DNA of 64,000 nt from Octopus vulgaris (lineage: Eukaryota), in contig OX597817.1 in the NCBI GenBank assembly GCA_951406725.2, positions 163,990,001 to 164,054,000 on the forward strand, read 5' to 3'. The position numbers and the translations under genes were made by a program. Shown here one piece after another: positions 12,274 through 24,597 of the stretch. Within the stretch, counting starts at the first letter, position 1; every line of letters begins with the position of its first letter. The notes below the pieces were generated by a model that was not told the origin of the DNA, ran no database searches, and saw only the letters and a program-made list of their open reading frames with translations.

Positions 12274-12696
12274 ATTTCTTATTTATTTACTGCCCACAAG
12301 GGGCTACACACAGAGGAGACAAACAAAGACAGACAAACGGATTAAGTCGATTATATTGACCCCAGTGCGTAACTGGTACTTATTTAATCGACCCCGAAAG
12401 GATGAAAGGCAAAGTCGACCTTGGCGGAATTTGAACTCAGAACGTAGCGGCAGACGAAATACCTATTTCTTTACTACCCACAAGGGGCTAAACACAGAGG
12501 AGATAAACAAGGACAAATAGACGGATTAAGTCGATTATATTGACCCCAGTGCGTAACTGGTACTTATTTAATCGACCCCGAAAGGATGAAAGGCAAAGTC
12601 GACCTTGGCGGAATTTGAACTCAGAACGTAACGGCAGACGAAATACCGCTCGGCATTTCGCCCGGTGTGCTAACGTTTCTACCAGCTCGCCGCCTT
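12274..12696 (-). mobile_element. SINE family B dimer (one head plus two body units) within a single 15-bp TSD CACACAGCAACTCTT
   Basis: TSD at 12259-12273 and 12699-12713; junction CAGACGAAATACC|TATTTCTTT near 12463. Confidence 0.9.
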
Positions 12697-13028
12697 CACA
12701 CACAGCAACTCTTGTGTAATTAAACATTAGACGGACACTAATGTTTAAAAAGTACTTACTTCAAGGAAGTACGGCAAATAGTTATGCAAATGGAGGATAA
12801 CATTAAATAAAATCGAGAATACTACTTAGTAAAAGTAGTTATCTTTCGAATCCTCAGAAATACAGGATTTGAAAGATAAAATTATAGTTATATTTAGATA
12901 TAATTCTATCTTGAATTTATGCTACGCTATTCTACATTTGTGTAACTATATGAGCGTCTGCGTGTTCGTGCATACAGGAGGGGAAGAGAGACAGACAGAT
13001 AGATACAAAAATAGGTATGGATATAGAC

Positions 13029-13099
<71 letters not shown>

Positions 13100-13128
13100 G
13101 GGATGGATGGATAGATAGATAGATGGAT

Positions 13129-13190
<62 letters not shown>

Positions 13191-13192
<2 letters not shown>

Positions 13193-13417
13193 GTTTCTTT
13201 ATTGGCCACACAGGGCTGCACACAGATGGGACAAGTTACAAGGTAGAGCTTTTCTTTTGGGGGAGAAAAAAAAAAGGTGGCGTAGGTTTTCGATCAAAAG
13301 GGATCGTAAAAGGAAACAAAAAAGGAAAAGAAAAAAAGAAAAAAAAGAAAAAAGGGAAAAAAAGAAAAGAAAAATGAAAAGAGAAGAAAAAAGAGGAAAA
13401 AGGGGGAGAGGAAAAAA

Positions 13418-13420
<3 letters not shown>
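13191..13420 (-). mobile_element. LINE 3' end (probably Tx1/L1 clade) inserted in (GATA)n
   Basis: Minus strand is T-rich UTR ending CCTTGTAACTTGTCCCATCTGTGTGCAGCCCTGTGTGGCCAATAAAGAAA; (GATA)n on both flanks; clade assignment is inference. Confidence 0.55.
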
Positions 13421-13499
<79 letters not shown>

Positions 13500-13874
13500 G
13501 ATAGTAAAGTGTAGCATCAAATTATTTGATTGTGCTACCATCTGCCAGTTTTGTTGGAGCTGCAGAGAAGGGAGTAGAAGCGACATTCTAGTGACGTCAA
13601 AGATTCTTAAAAGAACGGTAGGGAATTCAGAATATAATAGTAAGGATTCGAAAAAGCCCACATACCACAGGGGTGTCTATGTAAATATTTATGTGCTCGT
13701 ACGAAGGCGGCGCGTGTGTGTGTATGTGTGTGTGTGTCTGTGTGTCTGTGTGTATGTGTGTGTAGTGATGGAAAATACAGATAGAAGAAATCCAATACAG
13801 ATTGAAGAATACCTTAGCCATTTACACATACACACACACATAGATACATATGTATATATACATATACATGCGTG

Positions 13875-13912
<38 letters not shown>

Positions 13913-14033
13913 AATATATATATGTATATATATATATATACACACATACACATACATATATATATATATATACACATACACATACATATATATATACATG
14001 TATATACATATATATACATATATATATACATAA

Positions 14034-14064
<31 letters not shown>

Positions 14065-14639
14065 CACACACATACACATACATATACATATATATATACA
14101 TGTATATACAAATATATATACATACATATATATACATATATGTATACATAAATATATATATATATATATATAAATGTATATATATATACACACATACACA
14201 TACATATACATATATATATATACATGCATATACATATATATATACACATAAATACATATATACAGATGGATGGATGGATGGATATGTGTACGCATGTATG
14301 AGGTGTCTTATCATGGATTAACGATGATTCCAGAACAGTTACGTGACTTGTTCCGCATACAAGAGCGGCATTAATTGTATACGCGCATCTGTGTAACAGC
14401 TGTCTGCAAAGTAGGTATGAATGAGCCGTGGTTGAAAATTCCAGCAGCAGGAACAGCTATATTGAGTAACATACACCTGATATTACAGCAAAAATCTTGT
14501 TGTTAGGATTGCTGTATACCGGATTGGGATTGGCGGCAAAGATAGCACATCGGCTAAATGACCTTAAGTTATTCAGTTTATGTTTCTTTAAGTTCTTAGT
14601 TCAAATCACACCAAGGGTAGCTTTGAATTTTTTTTGTTT

Positions 14640-15022
14640 TTACTCTTTACTCTTTTACTCTTTTATTAGTTTCAGTCATTTGACTGCGGCCATGCTGGAG
14701 CACCGCCTTTAATCGAGCAACTCGAACCCGTGACTTATTCTTTTGTAAGCCCAGTACTTATTCTATCGGTCTCTTTTGCTGAACCGCTAAGTAACGGGGG
14801 ACATAAAGACATCAGCATCGGTTGTCAAGCAATGCTAGGAGGACAAACACAGACACACAAACACACACACGCATATATATATATATACATACATACGACG
14901 GGCTTCTTTCAGTTTCCGTCTACCAAATCCACTCACAAGGCCTTGGTCGGCCCGAGGCTATAGCAGAAGACACTTGCCCAAGGTACCACGCAGTGGGACT
15001 GAACCCGGAACCATGTGGTTGG
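14640..15022 (-). mobile_element. SINE family A, near full length
   Basis: Body and tail present; extreme 5' end missing. Confidence 0.92.
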
Positions 15023-15214
15023 TTGCTTTTTCTTTCTGCTAATAAAATAAATGCTCGACAAGTACCCGTACATGACTAGTACTCTATATTTGGTGTGTGT
15101 GAGTGTGTCTACGAATGTGTATGCCTGTGTATGTGTGTATATGTTTGTGTGTGTGTGGGTATTCATATAAATGTATATGCAGGTATGTCTACCTATCTAC
15201 ACATACATATAAAA

Positions 15215-15610
15215 GGTGCAGGAGTAGCTGTGTACTAAGTAGCTTGCTTACCAATCACATGGTTCCGGGTTCAGTCCCACTGTGTGGCACATTGGGCAAG
15301 TGTCTTCTACTATAGCCTCTAGCCGACCAAAGACTTGTGAGTGGATTTGGTAGACGGAAACTGAAAGAAGCCCGTCGTATATATGTATATATATGTGTGT
15401 GTGTGCTTGTGTGTCTGTGTTTGTCCCCCCAACATCGCTTAACAACCGATGCTGGTGTGTTTACGTCCCCGTAACTTAGCGGTTCGGCAAAAAAGTGACC
15501 GATAAAATAAGTACTAGGCTTACAAAGAATAAGTCCTGGGGTCGATTTGATCAACTAAATGCGGTGCTCCAGCATGGCCACAGTCACATGACTGAAACAA
15601 GTAAAAGAGT
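15215..15610 (+). mobile_element. SINE family A, full length
   Basis: Head GGTGCAGGAGTAGCTGTG through tail GTAAAAGAG. Confidence 0.92.
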
Positions 15611-15729
15611 ATATATATATATATATAGTACGTTTATATATTTGTTGTGAAAGATTATTGGCTAAACTGGCAAAATGACCATTCCGAAATAAAACAATAT
15701 ATATATATATATGTGTGTGTGTGTGTATG

Positions 15730-15829
<100 letters not shown>

Positions 15830-15963
15830 CTGGACTTCTTTCTATTTTTGTTTACCAAATCCACTCAAAGGCTTTCGTAAGTTGTGGCTATTGTAGGGAC
15901 TGAAACGTTAATCACGTGGTTGAGAAGCAAACTTCTTAACCACACAGCCACGCCTGCGCGCCT

Positions 15964-16090
<127 letters not shown>

Positions 16091-16837
16091 GAGGCCGCAG
16101 GCGTGGCTGTGTGGTTATATATATATAAAGATATACATGTACGTGAATATATGTGTTAAAGATGTTAGCAATAACTGGCAGGAGACGGAGATCAGCAATG
16201 TTAGTAGTTAGTTTGTTTATTGGATTTAGTTGTAGGCGGAATCACAGTTAAGTAGAACAGCTGTGACGAAATTGAAAAGATGTGAAGTAAACTAGAATAT
16301 CATAAAAACATATTTCTGACATCTTTCTTTAGACTTGAAGCGCAGCAGATTCGTACTTGTCATTGCCAACATCGGGTGAACACTGAAGCTTTGAGAACTA
16401 TTTCGAGATTACCGTTGCTTAGTTATGCGGATTGTGCTTTCTGTAAACATAAGCACAAAACTATATATATATATATACACCAGCTATGCTTCAGAGTATG
16501 AGTGTGTAAACATGTACATATTATACGTGTGTGTGGGTGTGTGGGTGTGTGTCTACGTATGTGCATGCGTAAGTATGTGTGTATATGTTTGTGCGTGTTT
16601 GGGTATTCATTTATATATATGTATATGCGGGTATGTCTACTTATCTACACATACATATATAATATATACTATGCATATGTGAGAATATATATATATAAAC
16701 TTCCTAATCTCCGTTTTCTTTCCTTCTGTTTTACAGATAGATAGACAGATAGATAGATATAGATAGATAGATATATACATATATATATGTATATATATAT
16801 ATATGTATATATATATATGTATATATATATATATGTA

Positions 16838-16938
<101 letters not shown>

Positions 16939-16949
16939 ATATATGTATA

Positions 16950-17006
<57 letters not shown>

Positions 17007-17008
<2 letters not shown>

Positions 17009-17333
17009 CAGAAGAAAAGAAGATTGGAGATTAGGAAGTTAATAATTTGCTTATTATTAACAACAAATTAGCCATCTTTGCTTCTTACAGTCGTTTCTCA
17101 ATTAAAACTCAATAATTTAATTAAATGAATTGATAAGTCACATATAACATCCAAAGGTCCACCTTTTTTTTTCCTCTGATGAAATCATACTTATGTCACA
17201 TAAATGTAAATTTAATGTACAAATTTGTAATTAAATGATTGAGTATTAATTGGGACGGCTGTAAGAAGCGAAGATGACCAATCTGTTAATAATAAACAAT
17301 TATTAACTTCCTAATCTCCATTTTTTTTCTTCT
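17007..17333. mobile_element. Fold-back element with ~110-bp imperfect inverted arms and hammerhead remnants
   Basis: GGAGATTAGGAAGTTAATAATT...TTAATTA versus TAATTAA...AATTATTAACTTCCTAATCTCC; CTGATGA at 17176; GAAACGACTGTA on minus at 17097-17086. Confidence 0.7.
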
Positions 17334-17998
17334 TTAAAATAGATAAAAACTATATGCTTTATATCTACCTATTATCTTAAAGAAATTCGTTCCCAAAAAA
17401 TACTACGTATTGAACCAGTATTTCCTTAGATGAAACCATCCCTTCATGAGGTTTACATATCCTCTAATTAAATTTAAACCTGTGTGTGTGTGTGCCTGTG
17501 TGTATATGTGTGTGTGCGTGTTTGACTTGATTTTGTGAAACTTTTTACGATCCTGGACTGCAACCTAACTTGTTTTTTTATGAAATGAACTTTTTTGACA
17601 TATTTTTAATTGAGGGGAGTAAGAAAAAAATTTTTTTCTTAGTCGATTGATATTTTATTTCATTTAAAATTTTAGTCGCATGACGCGCTTTAGAATTTTT
17701 AGTCGCTTGTATATACCTTCTTAATATATATTTGTATTTTATCTGCATATATATTTTATATCTGTGTGTTTTTTTTATATATGTATTTTTTATATGTTAA
17801 AGGCCATGGTAATATTCATATGTGATCAAATGTATGGAAGCGTAATGTTATATAAAGTCGTTGACTCGAATTTGATGTTTGTTCTCTAATCAATGATTTT
17901 TTTTATCTCTGTCTCAATTTCATTTGAACACTTCTTTTTTGTAGTCTTATAAACCCCTTTGTCTTGTCGTATATGCATATGTATATATATATATATAT

Positions 17999-18309
17999 AC
18001 GGAGATGTAATTGCATAGCAAGTGACCTGATCTGTGTTCGTGTGCTGGAACGAAAGGAATTGCAGCGTGAAAGGTGTTTATAAGCCATTTAAGAAATACA
18101 AAAACCGTTAGATTCACTTCAACATTTAAATTAAATTTGTCAAAATATTTTCGTCGCTTTGAGACCGCGACCTGTTCTCTGAGATGCAGCACGGAATTTT
18201 GTCAGTGAACAGGTGGCGGTCTCAAAGCGACGAAAATATTTTGGCAAATTAAATTTAAGTGTTGAAGTTTTTGTGTGTTTCTTAAATGGCTTATAAACAC
18301 CTTCCACGC
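17999..18309. mobile_element. Fold-back element containing two inverted hammerhead (G3:C8) copies
   Basis: Arms ~18065-18183 and ~18201-18309 are reverse complements of each other. Confidence 0.8.
18198..18248 (+). ncRNA. Minimal type-I hammerhead ribozyme with G3:C8 compensatory core
   Basis: Stem I TTTGTCA/TGGCAAA, core GTGAACA, extra G, stem II GT(G)GC/GCGAC, GAAA, palindromic AATATT stem III, H=T. Confidence 0.65.
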
Positions 18310-18366
18310 ATGTTTGTGTGTGTGTGTGTGTCTGTGTTTGTGTATCTGTGTGTGTGTGTGCGTGCT

Positions 18367-18397
<31 letters not shown>

Positions 18398-18446
18398 GTG
18401 TGTGTGTGTGTGCGTGCCTAAAATTTAAGCTGCTTGAACTAAATAT

Positions 18447-18668
18447 CGGAGATGTACTCGCATAGCAAGTGACTTGGTATGAGATCGTGTGCTGAAACAA
18501 AAACAAATTGCAACGTGGAAGATATTTGTAAGATATTCATGAACACACAAAGACCGTTAGTTTCACTTCAACATTTACTTTTCATTTATGTCAAAACAAA
18601 AATTAAATGTTGAAGCGAAACTAACGGTTTTTATGTGTTCTTGAATGGCTTACAAATATCTTCCACGC
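18447..18668. mobile_element. Second, internally deleted copy of the 17999 fold-back family
   Basis: Same CGGAGATGTA..GCATAGCAAGTGAC start; arms CGTGGAAGATATTTGTAAG / CTTACAAATATCTTCCACG; ribozyme segment missing. Confidence 0.8.
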
Positions 18669-19025
18669 TGGAACTAAATATCTTTCTGTGAAAAAATCGC
18701 TTGTAAAGAAAATAAAAGTAAATAATAAAAACTGTATTCGTTTCATCAGTAATACGAAGTACAGATATTTTTTTTGCTCAAAGTAGTTTTTTCTTATGTA
18801 CATTCATGGCTCGCTAAAGAAATTCGAAATATAGGTAATTCCAAGCAGCAGCACTTTAGATGTAGAATTCTCTACACTGAAATTGCTCCAGAATTTCTGC
18901 TATGAAATTTAAACCAGGAAATTATAGCCATGTCTGTAAATACTCGCCAAAACTGCGAGGATATATTTCGGAGCATAGTTCTCGAAAACTATTCTATAGG
19001 CCTAATATACGGCAAACAGGGTTTC

Positions 19026-19106
<81 letters not shown>

Positions 19107-19159
19107 CCTATCTATCAATCTATCTATCTCCCTCTCTTCTCACTCTCTCTTTCTTTCTT

Positions 19160-19213
<54 letters not shown>

Positions 19214-19242
19214 TTATATATGTGTGTATATATATATATATG

Positions 19243-19461
19243 TATATTGGATTGGTGCATAATTATTATGGCTTTTTTCAACAAATTTTATTGAATAAAA
19301 ACAATAACAACATGTAACAAAAACAACTTTAAATGATTATTCCGGAGCATATTCACCATCTACTTCAGTTACTGTTTCCCATTTGCTTAGCAGACGGTCA
19401 GACCATCATTTAACGATGTTTTTGTTAAATATTGTTATTGTTTTTGTTGAATAAAATTTGT
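19243..19461 (-). mobile_element. Mariner remnant (one TIR plus transposase C-terminus DRLLSKWETVTEVDGEYAPE*) with internal inverted duplication
   Basis: TATTGGATTGGTGCATAATT TIR-like end; C-terminus resembles mariner L..RW..V....G.Y. Confidence 0.65.
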
Positions 19462-19499
19462 ATATATATATATATATGTATGTATGTATTTTATATATG

Positions 19500-19531
<32 letters not shown>

Positions 19532-19824
19532 CACATATATATGTATATATGTATATGCACACACACACACACACATGTATATATATACAGAATCAACAAA
19601 AAATTACTCCATCAAGTGATACATAAATATCTATTTAGTACACAATCGAAAGAGCTACCAAAGGTTACATACTTTTATGATACTTTAACAAGGCATGTTT
19701 ATAAAGTACGCCACGTATCTCCACACAAGCTTTCGCTCTCTATCCACGCGTTATCATTATATTAAAGCGTGTGGATGTCCATATAAAGTGGTTAGGGTTT
19801 TTACAAATATATATCTATATATAT

Positions 19825-20066
19825 TTATGATAACAAAGGGTAAAATTAAATAATTAAGAAGTAATCAATAATTTCACCAAGTAGAATTCGACATGAAAAA
19901 GGACCATTTCACGGTAAACTTAAGTAATACTTTATAATTAGGGTTCAGCAAAGAGTTGCTTTACCACATACCGATGTTTAGAAATAGCAAAAGGTTTTTG
20001 GCTTGCTATTTCTAAACTTCGGTATGTGGTAAAGCAAATCTTTGCTGAACCCTAATTATAAAGTAT
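19825..20066. mobile_element. Fold-back insert in (TA)n with 64-bp arms (19927-19990 / 20003-20066)
   Basis: Two mismatches between arms; related copy at 57541-57715. Confidence 0.8.
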
Positions 20067-20069
20067 ATA

Positions 20070-20134
<65 letters not shown>

Positions 20135-20784
20135 GTGTGAGAGAGAGGGGGGAGAGAGAAAAAGAGATGGTGATGATGGTGATGATGTTGTAAGTAGGAT
20201 GAGCTGAAAACATGAAGCAAAACAGAAGCGAAATTTTGAGCATTCTATTGTTGGAGAATTCTATTTCGAGAGAGAAGAGTTACTCGAAATTTACGGTATT
20301 TTGAATTTGTTTACCATACCTCGTGCATAGGATTTACGTCGTCAGTCACGAATATATATATAAACGAATCGACACCGAGCAAATATTGCTGTTTGTGCCC
20401 TGCTGATGAAGTGAATATATGTATTTGTTCTCTGTTTACAGGAGTTTACCTCAAAGAAGCATTATTATCTATGTCCATGACAATACACATATACATGCAT
20501 ATATACATACATATCATACATAAAACACTTATATCATGTCTGTATATCTGTATTCGTAATCTTCCATTTAAATACACTCCTTACGCCTACTTTTGTTTAT
20601 CTGCAGTTTTATACTTCCAAAACCGCTCGACGAACATCGTTCTTATAGTCGAATTTCTACAAGCGCGTCACCTACTCTAGATGAAAGAGTTCGAACTTTA
20701 ATTTTAGATTTATTTAAGCACTACTTCGTGCCTATCAATGTCACACTTATTTTACCGTTCTCCGGCACCCTTTATATATATATA

Positions 20785-20820
<36 letters not shown>

Positions 20821-20822
<2 letters not shown>

Positions 20823-21010
20823 ACTGGTGCCAAGCTGTATCGGCCCCTTTGCCTTTCCCTTGGGTAACATCAGTGGCGTGGAGAATGGAGGCTGGTATGC
20901 ATGGGCGACTGATGGTCTTCTATAAACAACCTTGCCCGGACTTGTGTCTAGGAGGATAACTTTCTAGGTGCAATCCCATGGTCATTCATGACCGAAGGGG
21001 GTCTTTACCC
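20821..21010 (+). mobile_element. SINE family C, 3' half
   Basis: TCACTGGTGCCAAGCTGTATCGG...CATGGTCATTCATGACCGAAGGGGGTC. Confidence 0.88.
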
Positions 21011-21035
21011 TTATATATATATATATATATATATA

Positions 21036-21744
21036 TAGGGTCATCCCATAAATAATGTAGTTTTTTTAATACTTCTTTTATTTTTCAAAATTAAGATAAA
21101 CAAAGTTCTTTTTTAATCTAAAATATACTCTCCTCCCAAAAAGACTCATTCGTGATATGACAGCACAGAAGAGCACACATTCACTCTCTGCGCGCGATAA
21201 GACTCGGAAAAGCTTGTGAGCAACCCATTGACCCAATTTGCTGACTTCTCCGATGGCACGCAAGAGTCGATGAGTTTTTGAATTACCAAATTCAAACTTC
21301 TCTGCTTGTTCCTCAACAGTTACGATTGGATTTTGTTCCACCAGTGTTTGCAGGACATCCTCGTCGAGTCTACAGATCTACCAGGACGAGGCTCGTCTTC
21401 TAGGCTGTAGTTTCTGGCTTGGAATTTCTGGAACCACTGTGGACGCTAGCTTACGCTTATTGTTCGATCCCCATATACTGCATTAATATTCCTTGCACTT
21501 TCTGTTGCGTTGTTGCCTTTATTGAACTCATAAAGCAAAAAATGCTCTTTTGCCACTTCCATTATAGCTTTGAAAAAACAACTGTTAAAATTGAACTACA
21601 CTCTTCAAAACAAGCACTAAGAATAAGTACAAGGTATAATTACTACCTGCTTTTATAGCAAGTTGATGCAGGTAATTTATCCCGTCCCCCTCCGACATTT
21701 AGTTCATGCAATTGAAAAAAATCGCATTATTTGTGGAGTGACCC

Positions 21745-21746
<2 letters not shown>
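21036..21746 (-). mobile_element. Internally deleted mariner (Hsmar1/SETMAR-like) with TIRs and pseudogenised transposase N-terminus
   Basis: TIRs TAGGGTCATCCCATAAATAATG / CATTATTTGTGGAGTGACCCTA in TA context; from ATG at 21562 MEVAKEHFLLYEFNKGNNATESARNINAVYGDRTISVS*..WFQKF...SLEDEPRPGRS, then KLGQWVAHKL (WVPHEL-like). Confidence 0.9.
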
Positions 21747-21774
<28 letters not shown>

Positions 21775-21775
<1 letters not shown>

Positions 21776-21999
21776 TGGGTTGTCCGGAAAGTTCGTGCCG
21801 ATTTATAGTAGCTTACCTTTCGACTTATCCTCCCTGGTACCTCAATTCTGGGAAGAGGGTATTTTCAAGTCAAAGGAAAGATGGAGACGCATTGTGCAAC
21901 AAAATGGTTCATATTTGGTTGATTAAAAATGTAATGCCAAGTATTTAATGCCCTTTTTCTTTCCTTTAAAAATCGGCACGAACTTTCCGGACAACCCAA
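21775..21999 (+). mobile_element. Mariner-derived MITE with perfect ~30-bp TIRs and TA TSD
   Basis: TTGGGTTGTCCGGAAAGTTCGTGCCGATTT and its exact reverse complement; retains FWEEGIFKSKERWRRIVQQNGSYLVD* transposase tail. Confidence 0.93.
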
Positions 22000-22253
22000 T
22001 ATATATATATATCAATCCGACTGACATAGTATAACAATGGCCAAAGAGCCAATGATGTCGTAAAGCGCCAGTGGGCTATGCATATATTGGGTATTAGTGA
22101 CTCTAGAGTTGACGATCATTTCATCAAATTATATAACCAGTGCTTAATGAGCACGTGTTACCAACATGGGATGGTATCTCTAGACGTTAATAGCAGTTTG
22201 AGGCAATTTAGACAACACATCTAATTTACGTTGGATACACTAATTATTATTCG

Positions 22254-22343
<90 letters not shown>

Positions 22344-22902
22344 CCACACATCATGCATATATGCACGCATTGAAACATGTATGTCATGTGTGCATAAGTG
22401 TAGAGGCAAAATATCAAAATAACAATAAAGAAAGACAAAATGGAAATTAATGTATTAGTTTAATGCACAAAATTGATATAGAAATGTCTTAATGTTTCCG
22501 GCGTATGTCCTTCATCGGAAAGAGAAAGCAAGGGACACATACAGGGAGATAGAGAGATACGCGAACAGTGTCTTTCTTTCTATGTGTCTCAGAGAAACAG
22601 CGAAAGCAAAAAGAAAAGTTAATGACAAGAAAAAAAGGGTACAGAAATCACGTGTTGTGTTACTTAGACGCCATTCTGAAATAATCCAGAAGAGACTGGG
22701 AAGAAATAAAATAGGTTTTATGCGTAGGAGAACGGAAAAGAAGATAAGGTGCACACCTAACTTTTGTGTGAACGTGAATGCGAGTGAGTGTGTGTGTGCA
22801 TGTGTGTGTGTGTGCATGTGTGTGTGTGTGCGCGGGTATGTGTGCATGTATGTGTGTGCACATGTGTGTGTGCGCGTGTGTTTGTGTGGGTGTGTGGGTG
22901 TG

Positions 22903-23285
22903 TATGAAAGTTTCTCAGGTGAGTAAACTGAATGTGTTTGTGTGGCTTTGTAGGTTTGTTTCTATCTGCGCATGCGTGTATACATATATCTGTTGCAGCG
23001 TGTATATGTCTGTGTGCGTATAGCTGCGTGTACGTGTATCGAATGTGAGTGAGTGAGTGTGTGTGTGTGTGTGCACGTATGTGTGCACGTATGTGTGCAC
23101 GTATGTGTGCATGTATGTGTGTGCGTGCGTGTGTATTTGTGTATATGTGAAAGTTTCTCAGGTGAGTAAACTGAATATGTTTGTGTGACTTTATAGGTTT
23201 GTTTCTATCTGCGCATGCGTGTATACATATATCTTTTGCAGTGTGTATATATCTGTGTGCGTGTAGCTGCGTGTATGTGTATCGA
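22903..23285 (+). repeat. Local tandem duplication of a ~140-bp unit (22903-23042 and 23146-23285)
   Basis: TGAAAGTTTCTCAGGTGAGTAAACTGAAT...GTGTATCGA occurs twice. Confidence 0.85.
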
Positions 23286-23617
23286 TGTGTGTATATATGT
23301 TTTCAATAAGATTCTATATCTGTGTGTACATTGTTATTAAAGCTGTGTTTTTGTTTAAAGGTGTCTCTTTATGAGGATGTGTAGGTGTCTATTACTAGCA
23401 GAGTGCATGTCTGTATGTGTGTAGGTGTGTATGCCTTAGTTTTGTTTGTGTATACATGTTCGTTGTTTATATGTGTTTGACGTTGTGTTTGTTTTTTTTT
23501 TTTGGAATGTGAGTGGGTGTTCATTTTGTTGTTTACATAGTGTGCGAAGCAGTGATTCACAGCGTTTGTAGGTGTCATCCTCTATCATGTGTGTATGCAT
23601 ACACATATATATACATA

Positions 23618-23768
23618 GGCACAAGAGTGGCTGTGTGGTAAGTAGCTTGCTTACCAACCACATTGTTCCGGGTTCAGTCCCACTGCGTGACACCTTGGGC
23701 AAGTGTCTTCTACTATAGCCTCGGATCGGATAAAGCCTTGTGAGACGGAAACTGAAAGAAGCCCGTCG

Positions 23769-23811
<43 letters not shown>

Positions 23812-24000
23812 GTCTGTGTGTCTCTGTCCCCCAACATCGCTTGACAACCGATGCTGGTATGTTTACGTCTCAAAAGAGAACCGATAGAATAAGTACTAGG
23901 CTTTCAAAGAATAAGTCCTGGGGTCGATTTGCTCGACTAAAAGCTGTGCTCCAACATGGCCGCAGTCAAATGACTGAAACAAGTAAAAGAGTAAAAGAGT
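23618..24000 (+). mobile_element. SINE family A, full length with small deletions
   Basis: Head and tail present. Confidence 0.9.
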
Positions 24001-24014
24001 ATATAGTTAAGTAT

Positions 24015-24137
24015 GCATATGTATGTATGTATGTATGCATGTATGTATGTATGTATGTATGTATGTATGTATGTATGTGTGTATGTATGTATGTATGTAT
24101 GTATGTATGTATGTATGTATGTATGTATGTATGTATG

Positions 24138-24169
<32 letters not shown>

Positions 24170-24597
24170 TGTATGTATGCATGTATGCATGTATGTATGT
24201 ATGTATGTATGTATGTATGCATGTATGTGTGTTTGTATGTATGTATGTATGTATGTATGTATGTATGTATGTATGTATGTATGTATGTATGTATGTATGT
24301 ATGAATGTATGCATGTATGTATGTATGTATGTATGAATGTATGTGTGTATGTATGTATGTATGTATGTATGTATGTATGTATGAATGTATGCATGTATGT
24401 ATGTATGTATGAATGTATGTGTGTATGTGTGTATGTATGTATGTATGTATGTATGTATGTATGTATGTATGTATGCATGTATGTATGTATGTATGTATGT
24501 ATGTATGTATGAATGTATGTGTGTATGTGTGTGTATGTATGTATGTATGTATGTATGTATGTATGTATGTATGTATGTATGTATGTATGTATGTATG
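24015..24597. repeat. (TATG)n microsatellite
   Basis: Direct inspection. Confidence 0.95.

Noticed and set aside
20330-20415. Isolated CTGACGA (minus) and CTGATGA boxes; likewise CTGAAGA at 35458
   Set aside because: No correctly placed GAAA/UH or closing stems.
22912-22926. Consensus donor CAG|GTGAGT, repeated at ~23160
   Set aside because: Embedded in a duplicated microsatellite-rich unit with no upstream exon.
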